A stretch of 64,000 nt of DNA from Candidatus Daviesbacteria bacterium (GCA_016184225.1 JACPDA010000004.1:538763-602762), one strand, 5' to 3'. Counted from the stretch's first letter, positions 9,225 through 19,209 are shown. Notes: generated by a model from the sequence alone, not told the origin. Numbers and translations are program-made.

Positions 9225-10835
9225 TTATTTACCGGCCTCGGTTAGCCCTTGAGTTGCTATTTGATTATTGGGATCAAATTGTAGGATTTCTGAAAAAATG
9301 GCTTTGGCCTTTTCTTTATCTCCGCTATTTAAGTAAACCACTCCTAAATTAATCCTTAAATTGAGGTTTCCGGGATTAATCTGAATGGCTTTTTGGAGGT
9401 TTTCTATAGCCAGGTCAAACTTTTTTTGCTGGAAATAAACAGCGGCAATGTTTTGATGGGATTGCCACAGATTAGGATTGAATTTAAGGGCGTTTTGGTA
9501 GCCTTCTAAGGCTTTGTCAGGCTGGCCCAGCTCCAGATAAGTATTGGCCAGGTTATGATGGGCATCCCCATAGTTGGGTTTTAACTCAATGGCCCGCTGG
9601 AATTCCCTAAGGGCTGCCTGTTTATCCCCAAGTCTTCCATAAACATCACCCAAATTGTTGTGGGTATTAGGGGATGAAGGGGAAGTCTTGCCGGTAGCTA
9701 TCCAAAGGTTATTCTCATTTTTCCAGTCAATATTGCGGGCTATGGTTCTCCCTGAAAGCAGGATAATTAAAAGAGCAAGAGCTACATACCCTGACTGTCT
9801 AAATTTGACAGAATTAGTAAGTTTTTCAAATCCCAGACCTAAAAGGACCAGGATTCCTAAAATCGGCAGGTATAAATACCGCTCTGCCACAATCCAATTC
9901 AGCCTAAATGGAGTAAGTGTTGGGGACAGGGCAATCAGGAAAAATGAGCCCCAGAAAAAGACAGCTTTGTTTTTAAAGAAAGCGAATACTGTTCCTATTA
10001 AGAAGGTTAATACCAATAGCGATCTGAAAGTAAACTGGATTGGTCCAAAATTGAGCTCCGAATGATACAGAGTCAGGATTTTAGGGAAAAAGATCAGTTC
10101 AAAGTAGGAGCTTATGGCGGTCGGGATGATCAAAAAGATATTGTCCACTCCTCCTTCCTGGTAATGGGTGGACTGCAGGGTGGTTTCCCGCTCCGGCAGG
10201 ACGCTTAGGGAAATCAGGACATAGGTGATGGATAAAAGCAGGAAGGGAATTGATTTAAGCCAATTTTTCTTTAAGCTGCCGAAGCAAAGCTCCCACAAGG
10301 GGAAGATTAAAAAGAGCGCTATAGGCATCTGGGGATGGGACATGAAAGCGAATAAGAAACTGATGATAGCCAGCCAGTAATAAATCTTTTTTTCTTTGGA
10401 AAGCAGGTATAAAACAAATGATAATAAAAAGAAGAAAGCATATTGGGGATAGGTGCCGCCGGAGATCCAAACTACAGCTTCTCCTATGGCCGGATGAACG
10501 GCAAAAATAGCGGCAACGAAGATAGCTAACCTTTTAGAGTATGTCAGGCTGAGCAGTGTATAAATTAAAAACACTACCCCGGCGTGGAAGAGGATATTAA
10601 TGGAGCGAAAAAACATCGGATTCAGTCCGCCAATGTGAAAGGCCAGCCAGTTTAAAATCAGCCGGATAAAGCCGGCAGGACGGCTGGAAATAGCATAACC
10701 AAGGTTGCCTACATTAGGGTTATTGACTATTTCGGCAATGTCATCAGACAAAAAAACATTATTAAAGGAATTGCCGTATGTCAGGAGGATCAGGATAAAT
10801 AGAAGCAAAAAGGCGGGCCAGTGTTTTTTGATCAC
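9225..10835 (-). CDS. TMTC-like GT-C membrane protein with C-terminal TPR repeats
   Basis: F.SDD..I..NP, FAVHP...EAV.WISG, AERYLYLP, followed by four TPRs. Confidence 0.85.
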   Translation of the reverse strand: MIKKHWPAFLLLFILILLTYGNSFNNVFLSDDIAEIVNNPNVGNLGYAISSRPAGFIRLILNWLAFHIGGLNPMFFRSINILFHAGVVFLIYTLLSLTYSKRLAIFVAAIFAVHPAIGEAVVWISGGTYPQYAFFFLLSFVLYLLSKEKKIYYWLAIISFLFAFMSHPQMPIALFLIFPLWELCFGSLKKNWLKSIPFLLLSITYVLISLSVLPERETTLQSTHYQEGGVDNIFLIIPTAISSYFELIFFPKILTLYHSELNFGPIQFTFRSLLVLTFLIGTVFAFFKNKAVFFWGSFFLIALSPTLTPFRLNWIVAERYLYLPILGILVLLGLGFEKLTNSVKFRQSGYVALALLIILLSGRTIARNIDWKNENNLWIATGKTSPSSPNTHNNLGDVYGRLGDKQAALREFQRAIELKPNYGDAHHNLANTYLELGQPDKALEGYQNALKFNPNLWQSHQNIAAVYFQQKKFDLAIENLQKAIQINPGNLNLRINLGVVYLNSGDKEKAKAIFSEILQFDPNNQIATQGLTEAGK

Positions 10836-10853
10836 GCAAACCAGTATACTAAA

Positions 10854-11510
10854 TTAACGGGGGATTGTTAAGACCTGTCCGGGTTCAATCAGGTCAGGAT
10901 TACTGATGTTGTTGGCCTTTGCAATTTTGTCATAGGCAAAGATGTCTCCATAAGCCCTGGCAGATATGGTAGATAACCAATCACCCTCTACTACGGTATA
11001 TTTGTTGCCTTCAATTTTTGGGCCCCAAATAGTGGTATCACCGCCTCCGGTGCCAAGGGATTCCTCCGGTGAAGCAGTTGGCTGCGGTGAAGCTGCTGCC
11101 TGTTGGTTTTCCAGTTTGGGGATTTCAAGAACCTGACCTGTTTCTACCTGGTTTGGGTCTGTTAAATTATTTGCCTTGGCAATTTCAGTAAACTTGTACC
11201 CGTCCTTATAGTAGTTTTGGGCAATGGCAAACAAAGTATCGCCCTCTTTTACCGTATATCTTCCGGGAAGTTTATCCGGTGCGACATCTTTATCCTGTTC
11301 CTGTTTGGTCTGTTGTGCAGGGCCTAAACTGGCGTTATTCCGGTTGAAGTAGTTAAAGACTAGGATCCCCACCACCAAAATAATTAGGGCTCCCAGGACC
11401 ATACTGATCTTGGATTGGTTAGACTGCATATCCTTTTCCAGTCTTCCTAAGTAAGACCCATTGTCAGAAGAAGCTTTTCTTGTATTTGTAATAGAAGTTT
11501 TCCTTGCCAT
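10854..11510 (-). CDS. Membrane-anchored protein with two LysM domains
   Basis: YTVKEGDTLFAIA and YTVVEGDWLSTIS..., IAKANN...P..I..GQVL.IP. Confidence 0.9.
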   Translation of the reverse strand: MARKTSITNTRKASSDNGSYLGRLEKDMQSNQSKISMVLGALIILVVGILVFNYFNRNNASLGPAQQTKQEQDKDVAPDKLPGRYTVKEGDTLFAIAQNYYKDGYKFTEIAKANNLTDPNQVETGQVLEIPKLENQQAAASPQPTASPEESLGTGGGDTTIWGPKIEGNKYTVVEGDWLSTISARAYGDIFAYDKIAKANNISNPDLIEPGQVLTIPR

Positions 11511-11621
11511 TTTTAAAAGCAGATTGGGAGGCAGTTTGAAACTAGCTCTTTTTAATCCAAATGAGCTAAATTGTCAAGAGGTCAAATGCGGGTAATCTAT
11601 CAATATAAAACTTTGCAACAA

Positions 11622-12005
11622 TTAGGAATTGGTTTGGGCTGAATCTTCTCTTGGTAAAGGTATAGTGCGTATGTTACTCCAAATACCTCTCCTAGTGTTC
11701 ATTATAACTGGTACTGTTGCTCCTTTACCACCCAAGAAGTCTTTATTATCGCTATATGCTTCATCACATTCAACCTCTATTGCTCTATCATTCTCCACAG
11801 GTGTTGATTTGACAGTACCAGGAAGCCAGCCTTTTTTAGTTCTGACCTCAACTCTCATTCCTGGAGAGAACTCTTCCCAACCCGTTTCAAAATCATCCAT
11901 TCCTGGATCATTCCAGTGATGTAATCCGCGTGTGGCCTCTGCTAAGGGGTCTTCTACTCCATAGTTTTCCTGGATTTCTTTAGGTACTCCACCATCTTCA
12001 GCCAT
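11622..12005 (-). CDS. Hypothetical protein (possible SH3/Tudor-like fold)
   Basis: FSPGMRVEV...GWLPGTV pattern; bounded by repeats of the tRNA-Asp island. Confidence 0.55.
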   Translation of the reverse strand: MAEDGGVPKEIQENYGVEDPLAEATRGLHHWNDPGMDDFETGWEEFSPGMRVEVRTKKGWLPGTVKSTPVENDRAIEVECDEAYSDNKDFLGGKGATVPVIMNTRRGIWSNIRTIPLPREDSAQTNS

Positions 12006-12092
12006 AATGTATATATACCATTTATAATCTGCGGTTGCAAATAAAGTTGAATTAGTAAGGATTAGGTTGTTGTAATAGCTTTAACTAATAAT

Positions 12093-12239
12093 TGCGGGGC
12101 CGACGGGAATACACGTCTCACTTCGTGAGAACGAACAGTCTTGTCCCTCGAAGATTCGGAACGACGCACTCCGATTCCCTAGCCAGCCTCTAGATTTGAA
12201 AAATCCGCTGCAAGAGCGGATATTTTCGAAATCTGCGGG
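12093..12239. repeat. 147-bp direct repeat, copy 1; begins with the 3' end of tRNA-Asp
   Basis: Matches 14047-14193 with one mismatch. Confidence 0.95.
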
Positions 12240-12305
12240 CTTAAGACTTCAAATTTTGAACACCTATATCAGAGTTTAATATACCAATACAAAACTTTGC
12301 AACAA
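12238..12305. repeat. 68-bp direct repeat, copy 1; flanks the Fic module
   Basis: Matches 13194-13261 with one mismatch; partial 30-bp copy at 11601-11630. Confidence 0.92.
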
Positions 12306-12333
12306 TTAGGAATTTCATCCTAAATACAGCTTG

Positions 12334-12960
12334 CTATACTTTCTCTAAACTTGTTTTTAAAGCTTGGGCAAGAAGACTTTCTAACATAATAGAATCATAA
12401 TTATCTGCTGCCTGCATAGCTCCAACATATTTATCCCTATCTTTTCCTGTCTCAGCTTTGATAGTTATTATGGGGAATCCTAAATTAAGAAGCAGAAGGT
12501 TAGTGAGCAAACGAGCAACTCTACCGTTATAGTCATTAAATGGATGAATCCAGACAAAACGATGTTGAAACCAAGCTAAAAGTGATATAAGTTCTGCTAA
12601 GAATAGTTCCTCACTTTGAGTTGGAGATAAATGTTTTAGTCTTTCTGCAAGATCATCACAAAGATTTTGTACAAGTTCAGGAACTCTACTAAAATATGGC
12701 GGTTCATATTCTCCAACAGTTACATCAATCTTTCTAAATTTTCCTGCCCAATCCGGAAATATAAAGCCGAAGCCTTCTTTGTGAAGATCTAAAATGATTT
12801 GAGGAGATATTTTAACTCTTTTATTACTGAGTTTAATGATATGTTGTTGAGCCTTTTTAATGCCTTTAGCCTCAAGCTTAATAAGTTCTGAGCGTGGTAA
12901 TATTCCAAAAGCGGTTTCTTTAAAACTTGTTGTAGATTTAGGTTTAGTAGATTTAGCCAC
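12334..12960 (-). CDS. Fic-domain protein (toxin)
   Basis: HPFNDYNGRVAR matches the Fic motif HPFx(D/E)GNGRxxR with G replaced by Y. Confidence 0.9.
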   Translation of the reverse strand: MAKSTKPKSTTSFKETAFGILPRSELIKLEAKGIKKAQQHIIKLSNKRVKISPQIILDLHKEGFGFIFPDWAGKFRKIDVTVGEYEPPYFSRVPELVQNLCDDLAERLKHLSPTQSEELFLAELISLLAWFQHRFVWIHPFNDYNGRVARLLTNLLLLNLGFPIITIKAETGKDRDKYVGAMQAADNYDSIMLESLLAQALKTSLEKV

Positions 12961-12985
12961 AGCACAATTGTAGCACAGTGCTTAG

Positions 12986-13171
12986 CTAAAAAAGAGATCG
13001 TACCTGTTTTCGAGAAATCTTCTCCCCTTCAAGACGCATAGTATGATAAATATCTTCAGGAAGAAGACTGGTTACATCTGGCTTTTTACGCATATTAAGA
13101 TAGCGTTTCCTAAAAGTTTTAAACGCTTGAATAAGACCTATATTTTTATTTACTAATTGAATCCTAGTCAT
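12986..13171 (-). CDS. Putative Fic antitoxin (class I)
   Basis: 61 aa, directly upstream of fic, carries TMRLEG matching the (S/T)xxxE(G/N) inhibitory motif. Confidence 0.65.
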   Translation of the reverse strand: MTRIQLVNKNIGLIQAFKTFRKRYLNMRKKPDVTSLLPEDIYHTMRLEGEKISRKQVRSLF

Positions 13172-13193
13172 AAAGATATTATAGCATACTTAT

Positions 13194-13261
13194 GGCTTAA
13201 GACTTCAAATTTTGAACACCTATATCAGAGTTTAATATACCAATACAAAATTTTGCAACAA
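13194..13261. repeat. 68-bp direct repeat, copy 2
   Basis: Matches 12238-12305. Confidence 0.92.
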
Positions 13262-13290
13262 CTCAATATAAGATCAGATTATGGTATAGT

Positions 13291-14023
13291 TTGAACATGG
13301 ATGATGAGGTAAAGCTGGGATTAGGCACAAAAGAAGTTGGCAATCCTGAGCCAGTTGATTATGGTAAAATTCTTGGAAATAATAGAGTTTTGTTCATCAA
13401 CGATAGCCACACCTCTCTTACAGACAAAGAAGCATTTAAAAAAGCTCTAGAGGAATTATCTAAGCTGGGTATTACTGATCTTGCTTTAGAAATGTTACCA
13501 AAAGGCTTTGATACTACAGATCCAGAAAAAGTAAGGCAATATTTACAGGATTATTGGGATGACAAGGGTCCTGGGGATGGGAGATAAATATTTTGAAATT
13601 TACTCTTTAGCTAAATCATTAGGGATGAATATACACGGATTAGATATTTCTAATGAGGAATATCTAGCCTCTAGTCAGTCAGCTACATTTGGTAAAAGGA
13701 ATAGACAGTGGGCGGAAATTCTAAAAAATAGATTAGAAGACAATCCAAATACAAAGGTAGTCGTCTTTTGTGGTGGATCACACTCAGGATATTATCCAGC
13801 TAGAGATAGAGCAAATAATATACTTGAAGCTTTAGGTTATCAATCAAGCTGTGCTTCATATTTTGGAGGAGATAATAATTTTCCGATTACAGATGGGGAT
13901 AAATTAATACAGGGTTTAATAAAATCAGGTGACCAGAAAGCTGGTTTTATGGTAGAGTTTAGGTCACCACGCAGACCAGCAGATTATATAATCTCCCCAG
14001 GCGACTCAATTGTCGCTAAATAG
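13291..14023 (+). pseudogene. Frameshifted ChaN/EreA/TIKI-like protein
   Basis: ORFs 13291-13587 and 13559-14023 join if one G is removed from GGGG 13573-13576; motifs FINDSH, LALEM, GLD, RN..WA, CGGSH. Confidence 0.55.
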
Positions 14024-14046
14024 GATTTGAACACTTTTTGTGCCTA

Positions 14047-14193
14047 TGCGGGGCCGACGGGAATACACGTCTCACTTCGTGAGAACGAACAGTCTTGTCC
14101 CTCGAAGACTCGGAACGACGCACTCCGATTCCCTAGCCAGCCTCTAGATTTGAAAAATCCGCTGCAAGAGCGGATATTTTCGAAATCTGCGGG
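14047..14193. repeat. 147-bp direct repeat, copy 2; abuts tRNA-Asp
   Basis: Matches 12093-12239. Confidence 0.95.
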
Positions 14194-14262
14194 GCCGACG
14201 GGAATCGAACCCGCTATCTTCTCCGTGACAGGGAGACGTGATGACCGGTTCACTACGGCCCC
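14190..14262 (-). tRNA. tRNA-Asp(GTC)
   Basis: Minus strand: acceptor ggggccg/cggcccc, anticodon arm tctcc-ctgtcac-ggaga, T arm gcggg-ttcgatt-cccgt. Confidence 0.92.
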
Positions 14263-14332
14263 ATAAGACTTAAGAGTATTTTAACAGAGAAACTGTGTGT
14301 ATTCAATTTGCAAAAGATGGTATATTGAGTTT

Positions 14333-16108
14333 GTGGAAATCTCTAATGCTAAGGTTGCTAAAATCCTCAGGAATGTAGCTGCGGCTTATTCCCTCAAAAA
14401 GATTGGTAATATTTTCCAGATTCGTGCCTATGAGAATGCTGCAGATAGCATAGAACAATCTAATGCCGAAGTTCTTGACCTATGGCAGGAAGGTAGGCTC
14501 CCGGAAATTCCCAACTTGGGGACAAAGCTTCAAGAGTATTTAAACGAATTATTTACCACCGGTAAAGTCAGGCATTTTGAAGCGGTGCAAAAGGGGGTAC
14601 TGCCGGTTATATTTGAACTTCTAGATATTCCGGGGGTAGGTCCCCAAACAGCCATGAAATTGGCAAAATTAGGCATTAAGCACATAGAGGATCTAAAAAG
14701 CGGGATTAAATCAGGGGCATTAGTTGAAAAAGGTTTTTCAGCTAAGGTTGCAAGAAGAATTATGGATGGCATTTTAGAATTATCAAGCAGGCAGGGCAGG
14801 ATGCTGCTGCCGTACGCGGCCGTACAGGCAGATAAGATTTTAAATTATTTAAAGAAAAGCCCGGAAATACTACAGGTATACCCATTAGGGTCCTTACGAA
14901 GAATGGTGGCAACTGTGGGAGATTTAGACTTTTCCGTCAGCTCGAACAAGCCTGGGGCGGTTGTTGAATACTTTTGTAGGATGCCGGGAGTAGCCCGGGT
15001 GGTTGACCAGGGTGAAAACAAGGCTACAGTGGTTCTTAAGGGGGGTTTCCAGGCGGATTTATTAGTTGGGAAGCCGGATAGTTTCGGGGCGCTTTTGCAG
15101 CACTTTACAGGCTCTAAAGCCCACAATATTAAGCTGAGGACTCTGGCGAACAAAAATGGGCTTTCTTTATCCGAATATGGAATAAGGAAAGTGACTAGAG
15201 TCAAGAGTCTAGAGTCAAAAGAAGAATTAATAAAAACAGAGACAGAAGAGGAATTGTATGGACTTTTAGGGATGCAGGCTCCCCCGCCGGAGATAAGGGA
15301 AGATACCGGAGAAATTGAGGCTGCCCTGGAACACAAACTGCCACATCTGGTGGAGCTAAAAGACATTAAAGGCGACTTGCATACTCATTCAAGTTTTCCT
15401 TTTCCTCATCCTTCCCATGGCCCTGGTGCAAATCCTATTGAAGAAATAGTGGAGAGAGCAAAAGATTTAAAGTATGAATTTATCGGGATTGCAGATCATC
15501 CGCCTGGCTTTACTTCGCTCTCAGCATCGCAGATTGTTGAAGCACTTGTAAAGAGGACAAAATTTATTCAATCATTAAATTCGAGGACAAATGGTATTCG
15601 AGTATTAAATGGCCTCGAAGTAGATATACTTGGGGATGGATCATTGAGTGTGCCTGATGAGGCGTTGGAGACTCTTGATTACTGTATTGCCGGTATTCAC
15701 TCCGGCCACAGGGGTTCTAAGGAAGAGATCACTAAAAGATTGCTATCAGCTTTAGAAAATCCTTATGTAGATATAATTTCCCACCCTACCAATAGGTTAC
15801 TTAACGAGCGGGAGTCATCTGATGCTGATTGGGAAGAGATTTTTAAAGTTGTTGCTGAAAATCACAAAGTTTTGGAGATTAATGCATACCCCAACAGGTT
15901 AGATTTAAGAGATGATCTGGTCAGGGAGGCGTTGAAGTTTGGAGTCAAGTTTATTATAAATACTGATAGCCATGAGGTTTCTCAGATGGAAAACATGCGG
16001 TTTGGGGTGGCAGTAGCGCGTCGGGGCTGGGCAGAAAAAAAAGATGTAGTTAATACCTGGGACTGGACAGACTTTGCCAAATGGTTTAAACTGACAAAGA
16101 AGAGATGA
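14333..16108 (+). CDS. polX: DNA polymerase X with PHP domain
   Basis: GSLRR...[27 protein letters not shown]; likely GTG start at 14333. Confidence 0.92.
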   Translation: MEISNAKVAKILRNVAAAYSLKKIGNIFQIRAYENAADSIEQSNAEVLDLWQEGRLPEIPNLGTKLQEYLNELFTTGKVRHFEAVQKGVLPVIFELLDIPGVGPQTAMKLAKLGIKHIEDLKSGIKSGALVEKGFSAKVARRIMDGILELSSRQGRMLLPYAAVQADKILNYLKKSPEILQVYPLGSLRRMVATVGDLDFSVSSNKPGAVVEYFCRMPGVARVVDQGENKATVVLKGGFQADLLVGKPDSFGALLQHFTGSKAHNIKLRTLANKNGLSLSEYGIRKVTRVKSLESKEELIKTETEEELYGLLGMQAPPPEIREDTGEIEAALEHKLPHLVELKDIKGDLHTHSSFPFPHPSHGPGANPIEEIVERAKDLKYEFIGIADHPPGFTSLSASQIVEALVKRTKFIQSLNSRTNGIRVLNGLEVDILGDGSLSVPDEALETLDYCIAGIHSGHRGSKEEITKRLLSALENPYVDIISHPTNRLLNERESSDADWEEIFKVVAENHKVLEINAYPNRLDLRDDLVREALKFGVKFIINTDSHEVSQMENMRFGVAVARRGWAEKKDVVNTWDWTDFAKWFKLTKKR

Positions 16109-16653
16109 TCACATATATCATAATCGGAGCAGTAGTTTTAATAGTTTTGTGGTTGCTTGCCACATACAATGGCCTAGTAACCTTGCGGAATCGGGTTCGG
16201 GAAGCCTGGTCGCAAATTGATGTTCAACTCAAAAGAAGATCTTCTTTAATCCCCAACCTGGTGGAAGCTGTTAAAGGCTATACCAAGCATGAAAAAGGGG
16301 TATTGGAAGAGGTAACTAAGGCCAGAACTTCTTTAATGGGGGCTAAGGACCCGCACCAGGCAGCTGAAGCCAATAATATGCTGACTGATGCCTTAAAAAG
16401 CCTTTTTGCTGTAGCTGAGAATTATCCACAACTTAAGGCTTCTGAAAATTTTAAACAACTCCAGGATGAGCTATCTGATACGGAAACAAAAGTGGCGGCC
16501 TCCAGGCAGTTTTATAACACTAATGTAATGGACCTAAATAATAACTTGGAAACCATTCCTTCAGCCTGGGTAGGCCAAATGTTTGGCTTCCAAAAGGAAG
16601 AATTCTTCAAAGCTACTGAGGAAGAAAAAGCTGATATAAAGGTAAAATTTTAA
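16105..16653 (+). CDS. lemA: LemA family protein
   Basis: [29 protein letters not shown]. Confidence 0.95.
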   Translation: MITYIIIGAVVLIVLWLLATYNGLVTLRNRVREAWSQIDVQLKRRSSLIPNLVEAVKGYTKHEKGVLEEVTKARTSLMGAKDPHQAAEANNMLTDALKSLFAVAENYPQLKASENFKQLQDELSDTETKVAASRQFYNTNVMDLNNNLETIPSAWVGQMFGFQKEEFFKATEEEKADIKVKF

Positions 16654-16852
16654 TTTCTTCAGGAAATCAGCTCGTCACAGTACAAAAAATCGCTCACACG
16701 CTAGTGTCGTTGATCGCTTGTGAGCATTTTGTGTCTAATATGTTCTCGAATCATTAAGGTATTCAGCACAAAATCCTCAACATTTTTTGTTTACCTGTGA
16801 CTTCGCTGCTTTTAGTGCAAAGGTGTACAGAAAGTAGTAGAATAAGCTCGCT

Positions 16853-17776
16853 ATGGCAACGATAAATACAGCTTGGGATCATGTTTCACAAAATCTGTTT
16901 AAGACATGGGTAATCATGTTTTTCTTTTCCGCCTTTACAGTAGGGGTAATTTATGTTATTGCCCAGGGGTTTGGATACGGGGAAGTGGGAGGTTTAGGGT
17001 TAACAGGAATAGCTTTAATTATGGCCGGAATAATGAATTTTGTTTCCTATTTTTGGTCGGATAAAATTGTCTTAGGCATTTCCGGTGCCAAACCAATCCA
17101 GAAAAAGGATAACCCCGAGCTTTACCGCCTGGTAGAAAACTTATGTATTGCAGCCGGATTGCCTTTGCCAAAAATTTATGTAATTGATGATACGGCCACT
17201 AATGCCTTTGCTACGGGAAGAGATCCCAAACATGCAGCAATAGCTTTTACCAAAGGGATTTTGCAGAAATTAAATAAACAGGAATTGGAAGGAGTAACAG
17301 CCCATGAGCTGTCACATGTCGGCAACAGGGATACACTGCTTATGAGTGTAGTTTCTGTTTTAGTGGGTACTATAGCCTTGCTTGCAGACTTTTTTATGAG
17401 GAGTCTGTGGTATGGGGGGAGGGACCGGGATAGCAGGGGGAATACTATATTTTTGGTACTGGCTATTGTGGCGGCAATACTGGCTCCCATTGTGGCAACA
17501 CTAATACAGTTGGCAGTTTCGAGACGTAGGGAGCTTTTAGCAGATGCTTCCGGGGTATTGCTAACCCGGTATCCGGAAGGGTTGGCCAGTGCTTTGCTTA
17601 AGATATCGACAGATAAAGAGCCGCTGGAAGTGGCAAATAGGGGCACGGCACATTTGTACATAGCAAATCCTCTTAAGGGTCAGGAAGCAAAAGCATGGCT
17701 GGCGGGACTTTTTAATACCCATCCTCCGATAGAAGTTCGGGTCAAAGCCCTGCGTGAGATGGAAGGCAGAGTTTAA
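16853..17776 (+). CDS. htpX: M48 zinc metalloprotease HtpX
   Basis: NAFATGR, AHELSH, SRRRE..AD, THPP. Confidence 0.93.
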   Translation: MATINTAWDHVSQNLFKTWVIMFFFSAFTVGVIYVIAQGFGYGEVGGLGLTGIALIMAGIMNFVSYFWSDKIVLGISGAKPIQKKDNPELYRLVENLCIAAGLPLPKIYVIDDTATNAFATGRDPKHAAIAFTKGILQKLNKQELEGVTAHELSHVGNRDTLLMSVVSVLVGTIALLADFFMRSLWYGGRDRDSRGNTIFLVLAIVAAILAPIVATLIQLAVSRRRELLADASGVLLTRYPEGLASALLKISTDKEPLEVANRGTAHLYIANPLKGQEAKAWLAGLFNTHPPIEVRVKALREMEGRV

Positions 17777-17788
17777 CTCCAAGATCTC

Positions 17789-18748
17789 ATGTTAATTGAT
17801 GAAGTAGAAATTACGCTAAAAGCCGGGCACGGCGGGCCGGGCAGGGTTTCTTTTAATCCCGGTAAAAAAAGCGGACCAAATGGGGGAAACGGCGGTAAAG
17901 GCGGGGATATTTATGTCAGTGTTACTTCAGATCTTCGGGCTCTGAACCAATTTTCCAAGACAAAATTAAGTGAGGCGGAAAACGGGCAAATGGGAGGTAA
18001 TTTTCAAAAATCAGGCAGGGATGGGAAAGACCTGGAAATAATATTACCTCTTGGAACTGAGCTAACAGATTTAAAAACAGGAGAGAAAATGATCCTTGAT
18101 GATTTAAATTTCCGGATTTTAATTTGTAAAGGGGGATTGGGAGGTAGGGGCAATTTTGAAATGAGGTCTTCCAAGATGACAACCCCGATGTATGCCCAAA
18201 AAGGCTTATCCGGAGAAGAGAGATTTTTCAAAGTGGAGCTAAAATTTATTGCCGACTTTGGACTTATTGGTTTACCAAATGCCGGCAAAAGCAGCCTGTT
18301 AAATGAGCTGACTGCAGCTAATGCTAAAATCGCAGATTACCCTTTCACTACATTGGAACCTAATTTAGGGGTAATTAAAAGCCTGCCTGCCGGTAGGCAG
18401 GTTATTGCTGATATTCCGGGTTTGATAGAAGGGGCTGCGGAAGGCAAGGGTTTAGGGATAAAGTTTCTAAAACATATTGAGAAAGTTAAATTATTGCTAC
18501 ATGTTGTCCCGGCAGATTCGGAAAATATCGTAAAGAATTATCAAGTAGTCAGAAAAGAGTTAGAAAAATACAATCCGGAATTAATTGAAAAGCCGGAAAT
18601 GATAATTTTAACTAAGACTGATTTGGTAGATAAAAAACAAGTAAAAGAAAAGATTAACAAGTTGAAAAAGTTCAAGAAAAAAGTACTTCCTGTCTCAATC
18701 CATGATTGGGATAGTTTAAAAGAATTGGAAGAATCTCTGGTAAAGTAA
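17789..18748 (+). CDS. obgE: GTPase ObgE
   Basis: Gly-rich Obg fold, GLPNAGKS, YPFTT, DIPG, TKTD. Confidence 0.95.
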   Translation: MLIDEVEITLKAGHGGPGRVSFNPGKKSGPNGGNGGKGGDIYVSVTSDLRALNQFSKTKLSEAENGQMGGNFQKSGRDGKDLEIILPLGTELTDLKTGEKMILDDLNFRILICKGGLGGRGNFEMRSSKMTTPMYAQKGLSGEERFFKVELKFIADFGLIGLPNAGKSSLLNELTAANAKIADYPFTTLEPNLGVIKSLPAGRQVIADIPGLIEGAAEGKGLGIKFLKHIEKVKLLLHVVPADSENIVKNYQVVRKELEKYNPELIEKPEMIILTKTDLVDKKQVKEKINKLKKFKKKVLPVSIHDWDSLKELEESLVK

Positions 18749-18824
18749 AATACGCAAAATAAGTTATTGATTGATATACAAAATCTATCTTGTTTTTTAT
18801 CTTAAATAGAGTTAAGTTAATATC

Positions 18825-19139
18825 GTGGATGAAAACAAATTTAAGGCTATAATTGAAGAAGCTATAAATAAAGCCATTGAACCTGTTAAAGAACAACTCA
18901 ATGGAGTAGTAACTAGGTTGGATGATCCGGACACGGGGTTAAAAAGAATTAATGATAGATTAGATGCCAATACCAGAGCCGTCATGGAACTTGAAACAAC
19001 AGTCAAAGGATATGGGGATATGTACAAAATAAATGATTCTAATCTTAGAAAGATGGAAAAGAGGGTGGAGACTTTGGAAGATAAAGCCGGTGTAGTTGTA
19101 CCGGAGGAATTTCATCTTGCAGCAGCGGCAGATATCTAA
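18825..19139 (+). CDS. Small coiled-coil hypothetical protein
   Basis: 104 aa with heptad character, lying between two copies of the obg 3' end. Confidence 0.65.
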   Translation: MDENKFKAIIEEAINKAIEPVKEQLNGVVTRLDDPDTGLKRINDRLDANTRAVMELETTVKGYGDMYKINDSNLRKMEKRVETLEDKAGVVVPEEFHLAAAADI

Positions 19140-19209
19140 GAAAAAAGTAATCCCCGTTTCAATCCATGATTGGGATACTTTAAAAGAACTGGAAAGGTCC
19201 CTGAAGTGA
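19138..19209 (+). repeat. Diverged duplicate of the obg 3' end
   Basis: Encodes KKKVIPVSIHDWDTLKELERSLK* versus KKKVLPVSIHDWDSLKELEESLVK* at 18674-18748. Confidence 0.85.

Noticed and set aside
12093-14205. Possible CRISPR array
   Set aside because: Repeats are too long, too few and irregularly spaced; no cas genes in the window.
14027-14266. ORFs on both strands over the 147-bp repeat
   Set aside because: They overlap tRNA-Asp and a non-coding repeat.
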